Positions 11,020-24,335 are shown, numbered from the whole stretch's first letter. The stretch is DNA of 63,689 bases, filler included, from Octopus bimaculoides (GCF_001194135.2; 6 parts of 6 records of this genome joined end to end with filler, not necessarily neighbours in it); one strand, 5' to 3'. The notes: generated from the sequence alone by a model not told the origin. Numbers and translations: made by a program.

Positions 11020-13013
11020 TTCATGAGATTGTTGAGATGCTAGAGCGAAGACGTATTGATGTGTGTTGCATCCAAGAGCTAAGGTGGTGGGGAGCTTCTG
11101 CCAGGTTCCTCACAGGCAAAGAACATAAGTATAAAATCTTCTGGGTAAGCAAATGGCTAGTGGCGTGTGCATACTTCTTGCTGAGAAATGGGTTGATAAG
11201 GCAATCGAGGTAGTCAGAGTGATAGGATAATTAAACTTAGACTAGTGTTGCAAAGTGGAGCAACAACTATTACTTCTACTTACACTCCTCAACCGAGGCT
11301 GCCACTCTGATTTTATGCCACCTTTTGCGGTCTACCTCGTCTACAAATGACAGTGTCCTTCTCTTCGTGGCCGGTGACTTCAATGGGTGTGTTGGGCAGC
11401 ATTCGGATGACTTCCATCGGGTGCTTGAAGGTTATGAATTGACTACATTCTTACCAGAAAGCTGGAAAGTTGGTTGCTTGTAAATGCAAAGACCTTCCCA
11501 GGTGAAGAGTGCACGTCTCAACATAGTTAGTTGTTAGTGACTTCAGGCTTTGAGCTAGAAGGATGCTAAAAACTAAACCAGTTTGGTAAAGAAAGATCTG
11601 GAAGCTTAAGGTCCCCTGAGTAGTCAGAGATTTAGAGACGTTCTAATTGAAACATTTGACGAGAAGGAGGGGGAGATAGAGACATATTACATCAAGGATA
11701 CCCAGCGGCTCCAGCGGGACAACTTAATGAAGCCACTGACCAAATCTGTGGCAAAGTTCCATCCAGACCTAAGGTGACATGGTGGTGAAACAGTGTAGTA
11801 GATAAGGTCATTAGAACAAATAAATGGGCCTGGATGGACTGGAAGAGTGGTGGTAGCAGAGAATTATAATAGGTAGCTAGAAGAGAATCTAGGAGACAGA
11901 TATATTTAGCTTGAAGAGAAGCAGACGGGAAGAAGTTTGCCAATGTTATGCGGCGTGAAGACCAGAGGTTTGAGGTGTTCCGGATTACATGATAGTATGT
12001 CTTAGAAAATTGCAATGTGGTAGGAGAGGAATGCGTTCACATGGATGATGGTTCACTTGTACTTAGTGATTCTGTAAAGAAAGAGGGTTTGAAGTACCAC
12101 TATGAACAGCTGCTAAATGTAGAGAACACATAAAAGAAGGAGAGTCTGCCTACTGTGGATCCAGCAGAGGGACCAGCTATCCGAACAGACAGTAGCTTGG
12201 TAGATAAAGTAATTAAAGATATGAAGAGAGGGAAAGCCTCCTGTCCATCAGGAATCCCCGCTGAGATGCTTAAAATACATGGCGGAGTGGGTTATGGCCT
12301 AGTCACTCGTATAGTTAATCAGGTTGTCCACGTGGGAGTCATACCCAATGACTGGCATAGCAGCATTATAGTCAACTGCGACAAAGGTGAAGATGACGCT
12401 TTAGAGAGAAATAATTTCAGAAGTATCAAATTGCTGAACCAGGTCATGAAAGTTACAGAGAAGATCAAAGCTCAACTAATTAGGAAGAGAGTTAGTCGAG
12501 ATGAGATGCAGTTTGGCTTTGTGCCAGGGAGAAGCACTACTGATACTATATTCCTGGTAAGGCACCTGTAGGAAGTATTTAAACAAAAATATACCTCTGT
12601 ACTTGACTTATTTCGACATGGATAACGCTTTTGACAGGGTCCCCAGCTCCCTTATTTGGTGGTCAATGCGGAAGCTAGGGATAGATGAGTGGCTGGTGAG
12701 AACTGCACAAGCCATCTACATGGAGGGTGTTAGTAAGGTGAAAGTCGGCAACGAGTAGAGCAATGAATGTAGTGTACAGGTAGGAATTTCCGAAAGATCG
12801 ATTCCTAGCCTCCTTTTGTTCATTATAGTCCTCTAGGCCACAACAGAGGAAATGAGACTGACTGCCCTTGGAAGCTCCACTACGCTGATGACCTTGTTCT
12901 TATCGCTGAATCATTATCAGAACTAGAGAAGAAATTTCAGATGCGGAAGCAAGGTCTGGAACCAAGGGACCTTAGAGTTATTTCAGCAAAGACCAAAGTC
13001 CTAGTAAGTAGAA

Positions 13014-13017
<4 letters not shown>
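11020..13017 (+). mobile_element. RTE-clade LINE ORF relic (APE endonuclease to RT)
   Basis: EIVEMLERRRIDVCCIQELRW (APE), GDFNG, VNCDKGEDDALERNNFRSIKLL, QFGFVPGRSTTDTIF and LHYADDL. Many stops and frameshifts. Confidence 0.9.
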
Positions 13018-13073
<56 letters not shown>

Positions 13074-13430
13074 NNNNNNNNNNNNNNNNNNNNNNNNNNN
13101 NNNNNNNNNNNNNNNNNNNNNNNNNNNNNNNNNNNNNNNNNNNNNNNNNNNNNNNNNNNNNNNNNNNNNNNNNNNNNNNNNNNNNNNNNNNNNNNNNNNN
13201 NNNNNNNNNNNNNNNNNNNNNNNNNNNNNNNNNNNNNNNNNNNNNNNNNNNNNNNNNNNNNNNNNNNNNNNNNNNNNNNNNNNNNNNNNNNNNNNNNNNN
13301 NNNNNNNNNNNNNNNNNNNNNNNNNNNNNNNNNNNNNNNNNNNNNNNNNNNNNNNNNNNNNNNNNNNNNNNNNNNNNNNNNNNNNNNNNNNNNNNNNNNN
13401 NNNNNNNNNNNNNNNNNNNNNNNNNNNNNN

Positions 13431-13486
<56 letters not shown>

Positions 13487-13488
13487 TA

Positions 13489-14035
13489 CGAGGAGGTGCT
13501 CAAAAGTAACCGGAAACGTTTTCTGTGGGACAAGCCCGCTAGGAGCCATTTGATGCAACCATCAGGCATCAGTCTGCCAACCGGCGTCATCGATTGAAGT
13601 CGTACTGCCACGTGGTGCGTCTTTGTTTTGCAGTTCTCCTCCCCAGTTCATCAATTTTTGCGATGGCTGAAACGAAGTGACAGCGTGCTTCCGTGAAATT
13701 CTGTCTTCTGCGTGTCGTGAACTGAAAAAACTGTTTAAGTTTATCGAGTGGAATGTTGGAAGTTTATCGATCTTTCTTCGAGTGTCATCACTGGTGGCGA
13801 AAGCTGGTGCTATGAAATTTGCAGATGTGGAAGAGGTGAAGAAAAAAAACCATGGAGGCGTTAAAAAGCATCACTTCGGAAGGGTTCCAGTACTGCTTCG
13901 AACAGTGGAAAACGCGTCTGGACTGATGCATTGCTTCAAACGGAAAATACTTTGAAGGCGATAAAAGTGTAAATATGTAAAACTAAGTGAATAAAATAAC
14001 ATTACAAATTCCGGTTTCTTTTGGGTACCCCCACG
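13489..14035 (+). mobile_element. Internally deleted mariner element with both TIRs and TA target duplication
   Basis: 27-bp TIRs cgaggaggtgctcaaaagtaaccggaa and (rc) cgtgggggtacccaaaagaaaccggaa match at 22/27, with TA on both sides. The transposase C-terminus reads CFEQWKTRLD*CIASNGKYFEGD. Confidence 0.85.
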
Positions 14036-14311
14036 TATAGTGAGTGTACCCTTCGAATGTGAGTGAGTGAGAGAGAAAGAGAGAGAGAGAGANNNNNNNN
14101 NNNNNNNNNNNNNNNNNNNNNNNNNNNNNNNNNNNNNNNNNNNNNNNNNNNNNNNNNNNNNNNNNNNNNNNNNNNNNNNNNNNNNNNNNNNNNNNNNNNN
14201 NNNNNNNNNNNNNNNNNNNNNNNNNNNNNNNNNNNNNNNNNNNNNNNNNNNNNNNNNNNNNNNNNNNNNNNNNNNNNNNNNNNNNNNNNNNNNNNNNNNN
14301 NNNNNNNNNNN

Positions 14312-14370
<59 letters not shown>

Positions 14371-15624
14371 AAGTCAACAGATGAGATCTAAAACTACTCA
14401 ACATAGAAAACGCTCAAATTATTTGAATTTACACTCCAAAATCTTTAACGAGGACCAAGTTCATGGACAAAAGAGTGGCTATAAGAGGAATCCAGATGAG
14501 CAAATATGGAGACAATGATGCAAATAAACAAAAAATCCGTTTGGAAAAGATAAATAAAGTATACATATATATTTTGTTTTTCTGCACCTTTGTACTCTGT
14601 ATGAATCTACTCTGTTAATATATAAACATCTACGTATTTATAATGAATGTTCATCATCTGAATATCTTCAGTCTTTGTGTTTCTCTATTTATATGTATAT
14701 ATGCATGTATATTTTATATATCTAGCCCGAGCGGATTGTTTTGTTTATTTGCATCATTATCTGTGTGTGTGTGTGTGTGTGCGTGTGTGTGTATAAAGAT
14801 ACATACATGCGTTTCATTCCAGTAGTATGTAATTATACAATTAGTTTTAATATTTAGTCAAGTGCCATCATATCATCACTATAAACACACCACCACTCCC
14901 ACACTACAACCGTCACCACTACTACCTCAATCATACTACTACTACCACCTCACACCACCAACATCAACACAACTATCCCTAACGCATCACCACCATATTA
15001 CCAATGCCATCATTACACCCTCGACTCCATGCTGTCCCAATAAACCAAAATATGCTCTTATCTCATCGTAATGCTATCTGAATCTCGTCAGCCGGATTTG
15101 ATGTTTAAACTAGGATGTACATTGTCTTACAGATATGCACCGCTCTCGTACATATCTTCTCTCACACATACTCTCCACAGAGAGACATCTGTCTTCAAGC
15201 AAACCTCTCTTACGTATACTTGTTTTATCTCATACACATATCAAATCTAAACACCATTTCCCTCAAATGCACTCGTGCGCGCATACACACACATTCTCGT
15301 ACACATATATGCACACCACATCTAAACTCATGTTCTCTCTAATACAAATACTTACGCCTCAAGTAAATATTAAATGGTTCTGTACCGGCTTTAGCGATGA
15401 ATATTCATTCAATTCCATCAGCTGAACTGCCTAATTATTTAATTAAAGATACGTGTATTATTAACTTTCAAGCATAATACGTGACTTGACTGACCTTACA
15501 AACCCAGTCCATCCGATGAGCTTCTACAGTTTCCATTTGTCCAGTTTAAAGGCATTGACCATCCTGAGTTTTTTTCGTTTCAGTCACAAAACCTGAAATT
15601 TTTGAAATTATTATGTGCTATTTA

Positions 15625-15767
15625 TCTTGACATGAGATCACCATGTCTCGCACAAATGGTTGTAATGCATGTGCTTGGTGTACCCTTATCAGACGGGTAG
15701 TTATGATGGGTATACTGGGCTTCATATATTTTACCCCAGTCTCACTTTGATGGCATGCGCTGCTCTC

Positions 15768-15770
<3 letters not shown>
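15625..15770 (+). mobile_element. 3' part of the TAA-associated non-coding repeat
   Basis: Matches the 3' end of 22535-23030 and is followed by (TAA)n(CAA)n. Confidence 0.7.
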
Positions 15771-15857
<87 letters not shown>

Positions 15858-15896
15858 GCAGCAGCAGCAACAACAACAACAACAATAATAATAATA

Positions 15897-16350
15897 ATGG
15901 TAACCCAAAACCTCCATTGGATAATATGTCGTAAGTATGGATATGAGGTTACGGGTGCTTGGTACCAATATACACCGAAAAAGGTAATGAACGGAAGGGG
16001 GAAGGCAAAACTCCCCCTGGGACTTTAACTTCCAGACAGACTAAGTATTAGAGCACCGAAAGCTGGATATAGTAACATTTAGGAGGGACAATGAAGAGTG
16101 CTTAATAATCGACGTGACAGTGCCAGGAGATCAACATATCATCATGAAGGAAAGAGAAAAGGTTGATAAATATGGAGACCTGAGAATTGAGATCGCTAAA
16201 ATCTTTAGTAATACCTTACAATCTAGGTGTATTGCAAAAGTCGGCATTACTTGGAACTGCACGCATATTGTAAAGTACTGTCTGTCTGAGGTCCTTGTTG
16301 TGACTTGTCAAACAGTAAAAACTCCCGGTAGACACAATATCTTCAATCAA
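15897..16350 (+). mobile_element. R4/Dong-like RLE retroelement, 3' fragment
   Basis: LHWIICRKYG...WYQYTPKKV...WDFNFQTD, then VTVPGDQHIIMKEREKVDKYGDLRIEIAK and QKSALLGTARIL. It starts at a TAA/CAA array. Confidence 0.75.
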
Positions 16351-16435
16351 CAACATTACGATATTGTATACTATTCGACATCTATAATGATGATGATGAT
16401 AATAATAATAATAATAATAATAATTATAATAGTAA

Positions 16436-16880
16436 TCTTTTCTACTGGAAGCACAAGGCCTCAAATTTGGAGGAAGGGATTAAGTGGATTATATCGACCA
16501 CAGAGCGTAACTGGTACTTATTTAATCGACCCCGAAAGGATGAAAGGCAAAGTCGACCTCGGCGAAATTTGAACGCGGAACGTCAGGACGGACGAAATGC
16601 CAGTCAGCATTTTCCCGGCATGTTAACGATTCTGCCAGCTCGCTGCCTTAATAATATTGATTTCAAATCTTGGCACAAGACCAGCAATTTCGGTGAGGAG
16701 TCAAGTCAATTACATCGACCCCAGTACTAAACTGGTATTATTATATTGCCCCCAAAAGGATGAAAAAGAAAGTCAACTTCGGTGAAACGACTTTGCTTTT
16801 CATCCTTTCGGGGTCAATAAAATAAAAACCACTTGAACTCTGAGGTCGATGTAATTACTGGCCTTGAGCCAAAATTTTAA
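16436..16880. mobile_element. Cluster of three family-A SINE copies (two minus, one plus)
   Basis: The same core and B-box as the other family-A copies. Confidence 0.75.
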
Positions 16881-17089
16881 ACCAATATTGATGGTGATGA
16901 CGACGACGACGACGACGATGATGATGCTGATTTATTTGCTACCAGGGTGAAGGATAAGAGGACAATAGAAAGACAAACATAAAGTATGGGTGTTTACATA
17001 TAATGAAATAAAATGAAATAAAAAATAATACATAAATAGAAAGCATACACGATATCAAATAAAGAAAGGGGGAAAGCATACATAATATC

Positions 17090-18720
17090 ATAATATACAA
17101 CAGTAAAAAGGAAGGAAGGAAGGAAGGATGATAGTGATGTGGTCCTCCTGATAATCGTGGAACCCCACCGTCCAAGATATTGAACACCAAGGATAAGTTC
17201 CCTCTCCAATTCCTCTTTCCGGCTCACAGGTATACACATATAGCGGTAACATCCACTCTCACCATTTTCGTAACGTTCACCCACCTTTCAATTAATTCAC
17301 TCAAGGACAGTACCTCCCTCTCCATCCCTCACTTTCCTTTTCAAGTGAAACTTGAAAAACTCGATGAAGGCTCTACCAAAGAGGAAAGTATCTGTCCTCA
17401 TGCCTTTCAGTTTCGTCCACCAGACAACCTCTTTCACTACAGTCACCAGGCAAAGGAAAACTACCTTGCCTGAAGGAAGGCGGCGGGGCAATCATAACTA
17501 TAGACTCGGCCGATAGACGGATCCGTCACACACGCGACAGCAGCTGTTCGACATATCTCCACAAGTTAGCAATGCCCGGACACTGAACGAGTGTATGCGG
17601 AACGATTTCATCGCTCTATGCGCACCTCGGACAATTCTGTCCGACAGTACATCTGTGCCTGCAGAGGTTATCTCGAACTGGAAGCGCCCCTCGGTAGCTC
17701 TGCCATGCCAAAGCATCTGGAAATTATCCATGATAGTCCCCGACCAGAAAGTCCTCTGGAACAGATCGTCTTCATCAACGCTCAAAGTACTTCTCTGCCA
17801 CTAATCAACTATTTATTGCTGAAGTGGAACATCCACCAATCCCTTTGCCCGACTGGTACTGGGCTGTGAGCACCTGACGACACTCCAGGCGCCAGGCGTC
17901 AAGGAGACGATCTGCGGAAAGATGTGCCTCACAGATGGAAACCACACACGTTCACTGTCTAGAAATCGTTGCAGATAGCACAACCTGAACGTATGTCTGC
18001 GCATCAGAATCCACGGCATGCATAAGCCGCCACGCATAGGATGCTGGCAGCAGACTGACAGCCTGATCATTGGAATGCATTCCTGCCATCTTAAGAAAAT
18101 GAATAAGAGACGCTCCAGCCTGATCTAGCAGTAGCCGGAGCAAGATACGACGGTCAGGCGATAAATGGCGACGGAAGTGATGTAGGCATTCGCCACCTCC
18201 GCTGGAACCTTTCAGAGACAGCTTCCTCTCTGCCCATTTCTGGGTAAGACTGGCCACCTTGTTCCACCTCGTCCCAGTTCGTCACATCGACCGATCCAGA
18301 CCTTGAGTAGCTTAACTGGTCCATCAGTCCAGCTTCCAACGACGCCGTCCGACGGTATCGAATTTCCTCTGCAGGTGTCCAGACGCGAGCCCATCCACTT
18401 GTTGGCGTTGATTTTGGCCCCTGCGACCGACTCGTATTCCTTTAGAATAGTACCGACCGTCTCCACTTCGGAGGCCTCCGACACCATGACGGTGTCGTCA
18501 TCCTCGTACGTCGACACAACTCTACCTTGGCCCAGATCGAAAGGGATGCCCCTCAACTGTTCGAACTTCTGCACTATTGGCTCGAGAGCCAGCACGTAAG
18601 AAGAGGCTACAATGGACAACCCTGACAGACCGATCTTGCTATGCGAAATGGTTCCGATATATGGCTGTTTACTTTGACCACCAAGCAGATGCCGAAGTAT
18701 GAAATTTAAGTTTTCTCCAC
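17090..18720 (-). mobile_element. L1/Tx1-clade LINE ORF2 3' relic
   Basis: YVLALEP...STYEDDDTV...GAKIN..K, WTDGPVKLL.VW, WAERKLSLKG, a degenerate C-terminal Cys region, and the end RWVNVTKMVRVD...YL*. The 3' end abuts (TCCT)n. Confidence 0.75.
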
Positions 18721-18954
18721 TTGCGAGAAACGCATTTATAAACAATGGATTTTCGGTTAGAGTTAGATTTTTCCTACTCACTAAGGGATATAGCACCTGG
18801 TTTTACAATATCATTTTTGTACTGGATGGCTTTACCTTTCAGGTCTTGCACCGAATGCATGGTCTCCTGGTTAACTGCCCTCAAAAAAGATAAAGAGTTG
18901 TGTTTTTTATATTGTTATTGTTGCCATAGTTTTTGCTGTTATTAGTATTGTTAC

Positions 18955-19460
18955 CCTCAAAATAAGGGTAGACGAACATCGCAAAGCTGTGACACGAGGA
19001 GATATTGATAAATCGGGTATAGCTCATGTATGGAAAAATGGAGACCACCTCTCCTTGTGAGATGACGTTAAAATAATAGACAGAGAACACCACTGGAAAA
19101 TACGAAAACTAAAACAAACAGCACATATGCTAGGGCACAACAACCTCCTAAGCAGACCTAGTGCAGATATGAGCAGCATATGGGAACCAGTATTAAGGAA
19201 GGATAGAAAAATATTATATTTATAAGCCCTAAAATTCACTCCGTAATTATACACAGGCATATGGCGTCGTGGTTAAGAGCACAGGCTACTAACCCCAAGA
19301 TTCCGAGTTCGATTCCAAGCAGTGATAATAATACTTTAGGAATGAGAACCCAGGTTCGAAATTTCCCCAAGACACCTGAAGTAGACTGAAGGGTATATCA
19401 GCCGATACGTTTGTGTTAACAACAAACAAGATGAGGACAAATATCCGTCGAATGTAAATA
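18955..19460 (+). mobile_element. Penelope element 3' end: GIY-YIG C-terminus + pseudo-LTR (tRNA-like head, degenerate hammerhead)
   Basis: LKIRVDEHRKAVTRGDIDKSGIAHVWKNGDH...VKIIDREHHWKIRKLKQTAHM...LLSRPS is a PLE endonuclease tail. It is followed by the same unit that is inverted at 26145-27348. Confidence 0.8.
19257..19326 (+). promoter_or_regulatory. tRNA-derived Pol III promoter module within the Penelope pLTR
   Basis: A-box TGGCGTCGTGG (19262-19272) and B-box AGTTCGATTCC (19306-19316) have tRNA-like spacing. No complete acceptor stem was seen. Confidence 0.65.
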
Positions 19461-19944
19461 ATATAGTATTGTTATTACTGATAATTGTATCGTTGTTGTT
19501 GTTGATGGTGTTGGTGCTATTGTTGCTTCTGCTGTTTCTGTTGCTGCTGTTGTTGTTGAACACGTTATCGTTACAGTTCCTGCTGTTATTGTTATTGTTG
19601 TTGTCATTGTCTTTGTTGCAACTTGTATCTTTGCAGGTGTTTCTGTCGTCATAGCAACAAGGAATTCTATTGCTTTATGTCAATAAATTTATTTTAACTC
19701 TAGCCATGACTATATTTGGAATTAAATCTGGGTCGACTGAATACTGTTCACAGTCGATTTTTGTGTTATTTTGTCGTATATCGACTTTTTTTTTTTTTAC
19801 AAAATATACAAAATTTTTGTTTTCACACAAATGTAAAATAGGTATCACTGAATTACACCGCCCCCGAAAAAAAGTGGGTGTAATTCAAAAGAAATGTCAC
19901 CGCCGCGATCCCGACAATGTCAGTAAAATAGTTATTACAAAATA

Positions 19945-20212
19945 ATTGACTGAATGGACTTTAACCAACCGAAGCTTACCAACAGTAATTGGTGCACTTG
20001 GAAGTATCAGCACTCAACTTCCAACATGGCTGAAAAAGATTGGTGCAAATGTAAATGTAGAACACAAAAAATCAGCATTACTTGGAACTGCAAGAATTTT
20101 TTGCAGGGTTCTTGAAGCATGACCAGTAAACAAGTGCCACGTTAGTCTGCTGGCTGTGGACAGCTGACACTTTCCTTCATACCCAGGAAAATAAGCTGTG
20201 AGGTTTCATCAC
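19945..20212 (+). mobile_element. R4/Dong-like element, extreme 3' end
   Basis: LPTVIGALGSISTQLPTWLKKIG...KSALLGTARIF.RVLEA* followed by a 3' UTR and then (ACA)n. Confidence 0.7.
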
Positions 20213-20259
20213 ATAGCAACAACAAGAACAACAACAACAACAACAACAACAATAATAAT

Positions 20260-22477
20260 ACCTTCTGCCAAAACTGAAGACACGAAAACTCCAAAGAGCT
20301 ACCGACCAATAACATGTCACAACACTATCTACAAGATCCTCACATCGGTACTAACTGAAAGAATATACACTTTCCTTGAACAGAACTTTATCCTTCCACA
20401 CGCTCAAAAAGGTTGTAAAGGAATTCTTATGGATGCAAAGGTCAATTACTCATAAATAAAAATAATTGTAGAGAATTGCCAGAGCAAAAGGAAGAATCTG
20501 AGTAGGCATGAATAGACTACAGGAAAGAGTTTGATAGTGTCCCACATAACTGACTACTCAGGGTCCTTGAGATATACAAGATCTCTCCTATCGTCTCCAA
20601 ATTCTTACAAGGTAGCATGGCCAAGTGGAATACACGTCTCCTTCTAAGCCATAGTAATGGGATGAGCCAATCTAACAACATCAACATCAAACGAGGCATC
20701 TTTGACGGTGACTCCCACTCCCCATTACTCTTTTGCATGGCACTGATTCCACTCTCAAACGGAGTAGCACTGGGTATGGGTTCGAAGTGTACAATATTAT
20801 AGTAAACCATCTGTTTTATATGGACGATCTGAAGCTGTTTGCTAGAAATGACGAAGAGCTTGTAAGGCTGTTAAGAAAACTGTTTAAGAGTTCAGCAATG
20901 GCATCGGGGTGGATTTTGGCTTTTGTAAGAGGTAAGCTCAGGCAAACAGATACCGACACTACCATCAAGAAGCTTGACCCACAAAAAAGCTATAAATAGC
21001 TGGGGATAAACGAAGGAGATGGTATACAACATGCTACTATGAAGGAAAAAATAAGAAAAGAATATTACAGGAGAATAAGACTCATACTAAAAACTCAACT
21101 CAACTCTAAAAACCGCATCGAAGTGATTAACACCCTGACACTTCCAGTAGTCCAGTACAGTTTTAATATCATTAACTGGAATCTAACAGAGATGCAACGC
21201 TCGGACAGGAAGACAAAATAACTACTAACATCTAAGAACATGCACCACCCAAAAGTAGACGTTGATCGTCTGTAGTTACCTAGAAGTAATGGGGGAAGAG
21301 GAATGATGCATGTAGAACTGTGCTATAAGACTGTGCTATATCAATGAACAAGTATTTATCTAGTACAGAGGACTGGATGCTGCGGCTTATGTGCAAATAC
21401 GAAAGCAGCAAAAAATCACATTCTATTGTCAAGGAAGCTTGCAAATTCGCAAGGGAACTCGGTATTAACCCTGAATTAGATGAAGAACCTGAAACCACTG
21501 CCACCAAACAAGCAAAATAGATCAAACAGACGGCAAAAAAGAACGGGTAGAAACACATTTAGGAGCGGTGAAGCCAGAAGCCTCTGCATGGACAGTATAT
21601 ACTTCGAAGCCGAAATGCTGATGTAGAGCAAGCAGTGGCTGAGAAGCTCAGGACTGAAAGCAGAGACTGACTGTTTCATATTAGCGGCACAAAAACAAAG
21701 CTTGCTTACCAAAAGCTACCAGGCTAACGTTCTTCAAAACGAGTCTGACCCAAAATGCAGATTCTGCGATATATTTGATGAAACAATAGACCATCTAGTC
21801 TTGGGGTGTCCTGTGCTGAGACCAAACGAATAACAAAAATCGCCACGATAGGGTAGGACAGTATTTACATTGGAAAATATGTAAACACTACAAAATCAGA
21901 ACTCCTGCTTACTGGTATGAGCATCATCCTGAGCCAGTCGTTGAAGGTAAAAATGTCACTACCCTCTGGGATTTTCTAGTCAACACTGAGAGAACGATTC
22001 AGGCTAATCGACTAGACATAGTCATTAAAGACAGAGAAGAAAATACTTGTAAACTAATAGATGTGTCCCCACTGATAAGAATATATCTGTAAAGGAATTT
22101 GACAAATTAAGTAAATATAAGGACATGGAAATTGAAATACAAAGGATGTAGCATCTTAAAGCGAGAACTGTTCCTGTTATTGTGGGTGACCTAGGTATGA
22201 TCAGAAAGAGATGTCAAATATCTAGATAATATCCCAGGAGAACCATGTCTCAGAGAAATTAACAAGATTGTGCTGACAAGTACTGCCCACATTCTTAGAA
22301 AAACCCTATCAGTTTGAATGTGTTTTGTATTACATGAAGATATTCCGCTACTGCCCCTGCCACTTGCTCTCTCTAAGCATTCATTTATACTGTAACATCT
22401 CTTATCCTTCATTCGCTCTAGGACGCTGGGTGTGTCTCGGGGAATGATTGTAACAAACATGCTGATTAAAGGTAAAT
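20260..22477 (+). mobile_element. R4/Dong-clade non-LTR retrotransposon (RT, CCHC knuckle, restriction-like endonuclease), 5'-truncated
   Basis: YRPITC, QKGC, DYRKEFDSVPH, GIFDGDSHSPLLFC, HLFYMDDLKLFA (~20817); CRFC...HLVLGC (~21756-21810); LWDF...ANRLDIV...LIDV, KYKDMEIEI, VPVIVGDLG; stop at 22315-22317. Flanked by (ACA/ATA)n and (TAA)n. Confidence 0.9.
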
Positions 22478-22483
22478 AACAAC

Positions 22484-22534
<51 letters not shown>

Positions 22535-22535
<1 letters not shown>

Positions 22536-23030
22536 TATCATGTACATTGTTTTGTTTTGGTATAAAAAGATGGGCTACAGCAAATATTCTGCTCAATATC
22601 ACAGATTTGCTTGTCAGTTGTTTGACCTTAACCAGTTGAGCATGTCCCTTGGTGGCTGACGATATGTGCATCTCTGATCATGAGCAGAAGTAGTGGGGGA
22701 GTATCATAGCCATGTGTTGGGAGGAATTCTTTGGGGTTTGAATAATTCACCTCTGGAAACGTGGTTGTTTTGCTCAACATCCTTAAACAAACCTTATTCG
22801 GTGACCTTTTGGGCGGGATGGGCTACTCGACCTGAAGAAATTTCTAACTGGGCCCCACCTGCGAGGTCATGAGTTGTTTATCTTGATATAAGATCACCAT
22901 GTCGCCCAAATATGGTTGTGATGCATGTGCCTGGTGTACCCTTATCAGACGGGTAGTCATGATGGGTATAATGGGCTTCGTATATTTTACCCCAGTGTCA
23001 CTTTGATGGCATGCACTGCTCTCTCACTCA
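22535..23030 (+). mobile_element. TAA-associated non-coding repeat, near-full copy
   Basis: Homologous to 8922-9450, with (TAA)n on both sides. Confidence 0.75.
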
Positions 23031-23102
23031 ATAATAATAATAATAATAATAACAACAATAATAACACTCATAATAATAATAATAATAATAATAATATTAT
23101 CT

Positions 23103-23475
23103 AAGGCGGCGCGCTGGTAGAATTGTTAGCGCGCCGGGCAAAATGCTTAGCAGTATTTCACCCGTCGCTATGTTCTGAGTTCAAATTCCGTCAAGGTTGA
23201 CTTTGCCCTGCATCATGTCTCTGGGTGAGACTTGAATCCAACTTGTACAAATGCAAAGCAAAAGTCAAACATACAATAATAATAATAATTTTTACTATAG
23301 GCACAAGGCCTGGAATTTGAGAGGAAAGGGATAGACTGATACTTAATTTATCGACCCCGACATGATGCAAGGCAAAGTCAACCTCGGCGGAATTTGAACT
23401 CAGAACATAGCGACGAGTGAAATACTGCTAAGCATTTTGCCCGGCGCGCTAACGATTCTACCAGCGCGCCGCCTT
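23103..23475. mobile_element. Inverted (tail-to-tail) pair of family-A SINEs
   Basis: 23103-23207 and the reverse complement of 23371-23475 differ at 4 of 105 positions. Confidence 0.85.
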
Positions 23476-23478
23476 AAA

Positions 23479-23528
<50 letters not shown>

Positions 23529-23553
23529 TAACAATAACAACAACAACAACAAC

Positions 23554-23626
<73 letters not shown>

Positions 23627-23778
23627 GAATTAGACGAACTAGAAACACCTGCAGAAAAAGCTAAGCGCTTGAAAACCNNNNNNNNNNNNNNNNNNNNNNN
23701 NNNNNNNNNNNNNNNNNNNNNTTAATTAATTAANNNNNNNNNNNNNNNNNNNNNNNNNNNNNNNNNNNNNNNNNNNNG

Positions 23779-24095
23779 GCCGTTGCCAGTACCGCCTGAC
23801 TGGCTCCTGTAGGATTTTCGAGCGAGATCGTTGCCAGTGCCCCTGGACTGGCTTGTGCGGGTGGCACATAAAAGACACCATTTCGAGCGTGGCCGTTTTC
23901 GTGCGGGTGACACGTAAAAGCACCCACTACACTCTCTGAGTGGTTGGCGTTAGGAAGGGCATCCAGCTGTAGAAACTCTGCCAAATCAGACTGGAGCCTG
24001 GTGTTGCCATCCGGTTTCACCAGTCCTCAGTCAAATCGTCCAACCCATGCTAGCATGGAAAGCGGACGTTAAACGATGATGATGATGATGATGAT
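23779..24095 (+). mobile_element. RTE 3' UTR/tail
   Basis: GGTTGGCGTTAGGAAGGGCATCCAGCTGTAGAAAC...CCAACCCATGCTAGCATGGAAAGCGGACGTTAAACGATGATG. Confidence 0.85.
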
Positions 24096-24149
24096 GTCAC
24101 TTTGATGGCATGCGCTGCTCTCTCACTCAGTAATAATAGCAATAATAAT

Positions 24150-24335
24150 AATTTCAAGTTTTGGCGCAAGGCCAACAAGTTTGTAGAAGAGGTGAAGTTG
24201 ATTACATTGACCCCAGTACTTAACTGGTACTTATTTTACAGACCCTGAAAAGATGAAAAGCAAAGTCGACCTCTGTGGAATTTGAACTCAGAATACAGCA
24301 ACCAGTGTTCTAACAGTTCAGCCAAATTTACTACC
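24150..24335 (-). mobile_element. Family-A SINE, degraded
   Basis: Core and B-box match the other copies. Confidence 0.7.

Noticed and set aside
19850-19886. Perfect 10-bp hairpin GAATTACACC/GGTGTAATTC as a terminator or ncRNA
   Set aside because: It is isolated, with a 17-nt loop and no associated gene or terminus. Likely a TE remnant or chance.
23400-23664. Poly-Asn/Leu/Ile/Cys ORFs here and elsewhere as low-complexity proteins
   Set aside because: They are translations of (TAA)n/(CAA)n/(CAT)n arrays with no coding context.
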